Source: a virus. Taken from it: 42,307 nucleotides of DNA. Under the pieces are notes generated by a model. That model searched no databases, was not told the DNA's origin, and saw only the letters and a list, made by a program, of their open reading frames with translations. Shown here piece by piece: positions 41,521 to 42,307 of the stretch (positions are counted from its first letter, which is position 1; every line of letters begins with the position of its first letter). The position numbers and the translations under genes are program-made. The stretch lies in the IMG/VR virus record IMGVR_UViG_3300037474_000239; one strand, 5' to 3'.

Positions 41521-41542
41521 ATTCCGTGAGCCTCGCACCCCT
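41521..41542 (+). repeat. Copy D of the 22-nt dispersed motif: ATTCCGTGAGCCTCGCACCCCT.
   Basis: Lies in the 64-nt gap between the scaffold-like gene stop (41549) and the start at 41484. Confidence 0.9.
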
Positions 41543-41548
41543 CCCAGG

Positions 41549-42307
41549 CTACCAGCCCGACTTGGCGAGGAAGGCTGCGGCGGTGCTGTCTCTGGCAACC
41601 GGCGGCTTGCCGTTCCCACCCCCCGCCGCTCCGCCCCCGCCGCCGGCCGGGTGGATGACGCGCTTCTTCTCCACCTGGCGCTGCTCCACGCGCTTGATGG
41701 TGTCCTTGAGGCCTTGCCCCTTGATGATGAAGTAGGCCTCTTTGATGTACTCCGGGTTCGTGTGATCCTGCGGCCGGAACCGCTTCTTCAGGTGGGCCCG
41801 GATGCCGTCCCTGTACTGGCCAATGTCCACGAATTTCTTGGTCGGATCCTTCTCCAGCTGGGCGAAGACGTCCTGGATGCGAAGGCTGCTGACGTTGTCG
41901 TGCAGCTGCCCCTCCAGGTCCTGCCGCGTCTTGTTGACGGCGAACTCCACCATCCCAGAAACGAACTCGATGAGCTTCCGAGGCTCGATCGCCATGCGCT
42001 CCTCGCCGGTATCCTTGTCCTTGGTTCGGACGAACCCGGCCCGGGCCTCGATCTTGGAAAACTCCTCGTCCGAGATCGGCGCCGGCGGCTGGTTGCGGGC
42101 AGCCGCTTCCCTCTTTTCCTGCGCCTCCCGGTCCTCCGCGAAGCGGTTCTCCTGCTCCTCCCGCCACGTGCGCAGGGACGTGACTTCCTGCAGCAGCGCG
42201 CGCTGCTCTGAGACGCTCAGCGGCTGTTCGTCGCCACCGGCCGCCCCGCCTTCGCCGCCATCGCTCCCTTCCCCGGGCCTGGCGCCTTCGCCGTCCTCGC
42301 CCGCCCC
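41549..42307 (-). CDS. 3' part of the scaffolding-like protein. Open to the right window edge; true start at 265 after circular closure.
   Basis: The frame is open from 42307 to TAG at 41549: ...EEQENRFAEDREAQEKREAAARNQPPAPISDEEFSKIEARAGFVRTKDKDTGEERMAIEPRKLIEF... The track shows only the internal-Met ORF 41549..41995. Confidence 0.6.
   Translation of the reverse strand, partial: GAGEDGEGARPGEGSDGGEGGAAGGDEQPLSVSEQRALLQEVTSLRTWREEQENRFAEDREAQEKREAAARNQPPAPISDEEFSKIEARAGFVRTKDKDTGEERMAIEPRKLIEFVSGMVEFAVNKTRQDLEGQLHDNVSSLRIQDVFAQLEKDPTKKFVDIGQYRDGIRAHLKKRFRPQDHTNPEYIKEAYFIIKGQGLKDTIKRVEQRQVEKKRVIHPAGGGGGAAGGGNGKPPVARDSTAAAFLAKSGW
42181..42307. repeat. Second copy of the 127-bp terminal overlap (identical to 1-127).
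   Basis: Identical sequence. Confidence 0.95.

Noticed and set aside
16303-41542. Reading the 22-nt motif copies as a CRISPR-like array, a sigma54 promoter (GCAC..TTGCA look-alike) or an N4-type hairpin promoter.
   Set aside because: The copies are 5-17 kb apart, so this is not an array. The GCAC-to-TTGC spacing is 3 nt rather than about 5, and only copy A has TTGCA. The GTGAG/CGCAC stem has a mismatch and is not preserved in copy C (ATGAG).

Overview
The window is one complete, circularly closing phage genome. Bases 1-127 are identical to 42181-42307, so the unit length is 42,180 bp. It is high-GC and very tightly packed, with many ATGA/GTGA start-stop overlaps.

There are two gene blocks:
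- Leftward (minus-strand) late block, running 7626 -> 1 and wrapping to 42180 -> 23594. In order it holds a lipoprotein, tRNA-Thr, TerS, TerL, a set of small genes including a tandem GroES-like protein, portal, a scaffold-like gene that spans the window junction, a decoration-like protein, the major capsid, a T7-like tail/ejection module (adaptor-like, about 905-aa nozzle-like, 231-aa, 312-aa and 1635-aa internal-virion-like proteins), a low-GC tail-collar fibre, and a lysis cassette (XhlA-like, holin-like, amidase_2, C92/NlpC-like peptidase, membrane protein).
- Rightward (plus-strand) early/middle block, 7843-23534. It holds a leaderless zinc-ribbon gene, a XerC/D-like tyrosine integrase behind a lambda-like TATCACC operator, RecT plus a PD-(D/E)XK exonuclease, LAGLIDADG and HNH nucleases, an excisionase-type HTH gene with GGGGACAT repeats, NinG-like, ParB-like, DnaQ-like, YopX and ASCH-like genes, and many small ORFs.

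I recognised no polymerase, helicase, primase, RNA polymerase, tail tube, tail sheath or CI-type repressor.

The signals I consider most worth following up:
- A 22-nt motif with a 14-nt invariant core, present four times, always on the same strand.
- Sec-signal-like N-termini on a run of tail-module proteins.
- A fused double GroES.
- A BamE-like lipoprotein moron on the opposite strand inside the tail module.

All product calls come from reading the sequence and motifs by eye. No database search was run. Several M residues in the supplied ORF track are GTG or TTG codons, and many starts were re-placed by hand.
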